Positions 61,927 to 64,000 of a stretch of 64,000 nt of DNA are shown piece after piece. A program made the position numbers and the translations under genes. This DNA comes from an uncultured Candidatus Actinomarina sp. GTDB lineage: Bacteria; Actinomycetota; Acidimicrobiia; Actinomarinales; Actinomarinaceae. The notes under the pieces were generated by a model that was given only the letters and a program-made list of their open reading frames with translations, was not told the origin of the DNA and made no database searches. The stretch lies in contig CACJIM010000005.1 of the NCBI GenBank assembly GCA_902593475.1, positions 116-64,115 of the forward strand, in the 5' to 3' direction. The first letter of the stretch is position 1. Each line of letters begins with the position of its first letter.

Positions 61927-63219
61927 TTACCCATTTGTTGGATATTTAGCAATATAGCTTAATGATAAAAAGAATAATATAGGATACTGCACACCCTCCA
62001 TTCCAATATCAAACATAGAACACAAAAGAAAAGGTATTAGAAATTGAAGCATGTGCTCACGTCTTTTTGGCGAAATTGTATAAAGAATCATCAGGTAAAA
62101 AAGAAGTATTAAAACAACTTGAATAAAACCACCTCTAGCCAAAATATTTACAATATAACTGTGAACATGTTCATTCGGTATTCCATAATTTGTTAAACAA
62201 TTTCCTTGATCTATAACTTCACAGCCCTGCCTTCCAGGTTTTTCCATTGCTGGAATTATTGAATCATATCCATATCCAGTTAATAGTATGTCTTTGTCGT
62301 TAAGGTCAAAAATCACATCTTGCCAGATATCAAGCCTCCAGTTAAAGTTTCCATCGGTAGAGTAGAGTCTCCCCTTGTCAAAATATAAGGAAAATAAACT
62401 ATCTATTGTATTTTTGTTTTGAACTAAATTAGTTAGAGCTAAGCCTGTTTCATTAATTTCATATTTATTTGATTGAACCGATATAGATGATTGCACAAAT
62501 AGAAGAGTTGCTACCAATAATAAACATGCTGTTCTGAAAAAAGATTTTAAAAAATATTTCCATTTGTATATTAATTCCCAAATTACAAATAAAAGAACTG
62601 AAAAGAAAGCCCCCCTGCTCATCCATAAAAATAAAGGGAGAAAGATTGAAGAGATTAATATAAAATAAACAAAATCATTGTATTGATAATCTTTATATTT
62701 ACTGATGAAAAATATTGTTATTACAAAAAGTGCTAACAAATCACTTCCTTTATAGATGACAAATTTATCAGAATACTCAAGAAAAAAATTTTTTAGATAG
62801 TCAGGATATCTAATTACTGAAAAAATATAAGACAAAATTAAAACACTTTTAAATATATTGAAAACAGTATTATTTGTGAATTTGTCTCTAAAAAAGAAAA
62901 GCCCTATGAAAAAATAATTTAGTGTCCATATATTAGATGATGACTTGTAGACATAAGTATCGATTAAGTTTGAACCATTAAAAAATATTAATATAACAAA
63001 ATTAAGATAAAGCAAGATTGCTATAAAATTTGGAGATTTAAATTTTTTGTTTTTAAAAAATTCATAAATAACGTACACAGAAAAAATAAAGCCAAAAGCA
63101 ACTAAGCCTTCACCAATTCGAAAATTAAGAATTTCTAATCCAACAAATGAACGTGCAAAGATAGCCAACAGTAGTAAACCAAAATAAACTAATAAACTTA
63201 ATAAATTTTTATTTTTCAA
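61927..63219 (-). CDS. O-antigen ligase / Wzy_C-like polytopic membrane protein
   Basis: 430 aa with about 10 TM, a large periplasmic-type loop and 'NEHVHSYIVNILARGGFIQ' (cf. Wzy_C H..yL..l.e.G). Confidence 0.55.
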   Translation of the reverse strand: MKNKNLLSLLVYFGLLLLAIFARSFVGLEILNFRIGEGLVAFGFIFSVYVIYEFFKNKKFKSPNFIAILLYLNFVILIFFNGSNLIDTYVYKSSSNIWTLNYFFIGLFFFRDKFTNNTVFNIFKSVLILSYIFSVIRYPDYLKNFFLEYSDKFVIYKGSDLLALFVITIFFISKYKDYQYNDFVYFILISSIFLPLFLWMSRGAFFSVLLFVIWELIYKWKYFLKSFFRTACLLLVATLLFVQSSISVQSNKYEINETGLALTNLVQNKNTIDSLFSLYFDKGRLYSTDGNFNWRLDIWQDVIFDLNDKDILLTGYGYDSIIPAMEKPGRQGCEVIDQGNCLTNYGIPNEHVHSYIVNILARGGFIQVVLILLFYLMILYTISPKRREHMLQFLIPFLLCSMFDIGMEGVQYPILFFLSLSYIAKYPTNG

Positions 63220-64000
63220 AATTTCCTCGAATAATTTTTAATATAAACATTTTTGTTTTAAAAATAAATTTAATTAAATTATATTTAAATAACTCAAATT
63301 TAAATAAAGAAAATGAAGGTTTATTTCGATTTTTCAAATATATTTCTTTATTTTCTAATACTTCATTAAAAGCGTCCAGATAATCCTCGCACATTTTTGT
63401 AGAGACATAAGGAAAGAATTTAAGATTTTGATAGTAGTAATCATAATTACCAATAAATTCAAGTATTTTTTTTTCTAAAGTTTTTGGGCTTGAAAAAGAA
63501 AGTCCATATCCATTTGCATATTCCGGGATTCCACCACTCTCTAAGTAAAGAATAGGCAAGCCACATAAAGCAGCTTCTATATGATGATTCCCAGACGGTT
63601 CATTTATTGAACCAGTAATATACCCATCGTACTTCTTTAACTCGGTAGCTAAACTTTCTCCTGAAAGTGGGGAAATAACTTTTGTATTTTTAAATTTAAA
63701 ATTTTTTGGAATGTTGCCAATATAAGTAAAAGAAAATAAATCTGAAAACCTTTTTTCGTTTAACATTTGATCGATAAAACTATAAGTATCAAACCCTTTC
63801 ATCCAATTAGAACTCCAATGATGAGTAACTAAGGAAAATTTACTTTTTCCATCCCATTTTTTTTTATCTTGTTGATTAAATATTATGTTATCCGAACCGC
63901 TTTTTATGACCAATCTTTCATTGCTATTTAGTCCATGTGATCTATATAACTCATCCAGCCATGAACTTACGTAAATAGTAAAATCTGATATTTTATTTGC
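63209..64000 (-). CDS. Glycosyltransferase (GT-B C-terminal domain), 5' end outside window
   Basis: The frame stays open from 63913 to the window end (my translation ..QIKISDFTIYVSSWLDELYRSHGLNSNERLVIKSG..). 'EPSGNHHIEAALCGLPILY' is a GT4-like E..G motif region. Confidence 0.6.
   Translation of the reverse strand, partial: ANKISDFTIYVSSWLDELYRSHGLNSNERLVIKSGSDNIIFNQQDKKKWDGKSKFSLVTHHWSSNWMKGFDTYSFIDQMLNEKRFSDLFSFTYIGNIPKNFKFKNTKVISPLSGESLATELKKYDGYITGSINEPSGNHHIEAALCGLPILYLESGGIPEYANGYGLSFSSPKTLEKKILEFIGNYDYYYQNLKFFPYVSTKMCEDYLDAFNEVLENKEIYLKNRNKPSFSLFKFELFKYNLIKFIFKTKMFILKIIRGNFEK

Overview
This is an AT-rich, densely packed bacterial chromosome segment with many 1-8 nt gene overlaps and GGAG-type RBSs. 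An MshA-like GT4, a Rieske protein with an internal twin-arginine motif and an NrdR-controlled class II RNR suggest a streamlined marine actinobacterium. That taxonomy is inference only.

Core region, about 1-37.3 kb:
- a 5'-truncated repeat-rich surface protein
- a TetR regulator divergent from a membrane protein
- pntAA-pntAB-pntB transhydrogenase
- a glycerate-kinase-like gene
- a 1036-aa GH57 lipoprotein
- a tryptophanase/tyrosine phenol-lyase
- a YbaK-like deacylase
- an amidinotransferase-fold enzyme
- a LysE exporter
- rimB-rimK
- a SAM hydrolase
- two alpha/beta hydrolases
- a GT4/FemAB-like/membrane operon
- nrdJ preceded by tandem NrdR boxes

The most unusual part is respiratory, at 15.8-26.3 kb. 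A 6.7-kb nine-gene minus-strand array encodes a b6-type Rieske/cytochrome b complex with a 2x[4Fe-4S] ferredoxin and extra membrane subunits. It runs directly into an NfeD/stomatin pair. Divergent from it is a ccoN-ccoO-ccoP-like trio whose CcoN-like subunit has only three histidines, too few for any heme-copper site. Three subunits across the two clusters share an N-terminal '(L/V)QRSAEARA' module. The module is tethered by acidic linkers encoded by perfect in-frame tandem DNA repeats.

From about 37.3 kb to the window end the DNA is visibly more AT-rich. This stretch is a glycan-biosynthesis ('glycosylation') island with more than 20 sugar-modifying genes and an embedded tRNA-Val(UAC). I saw no integrase or transposase there.

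I recognised no rRNA, CRISPR array, IS element or prophage. All homology calls come from motifs read by eye and recalled family signatures, not from database searches.
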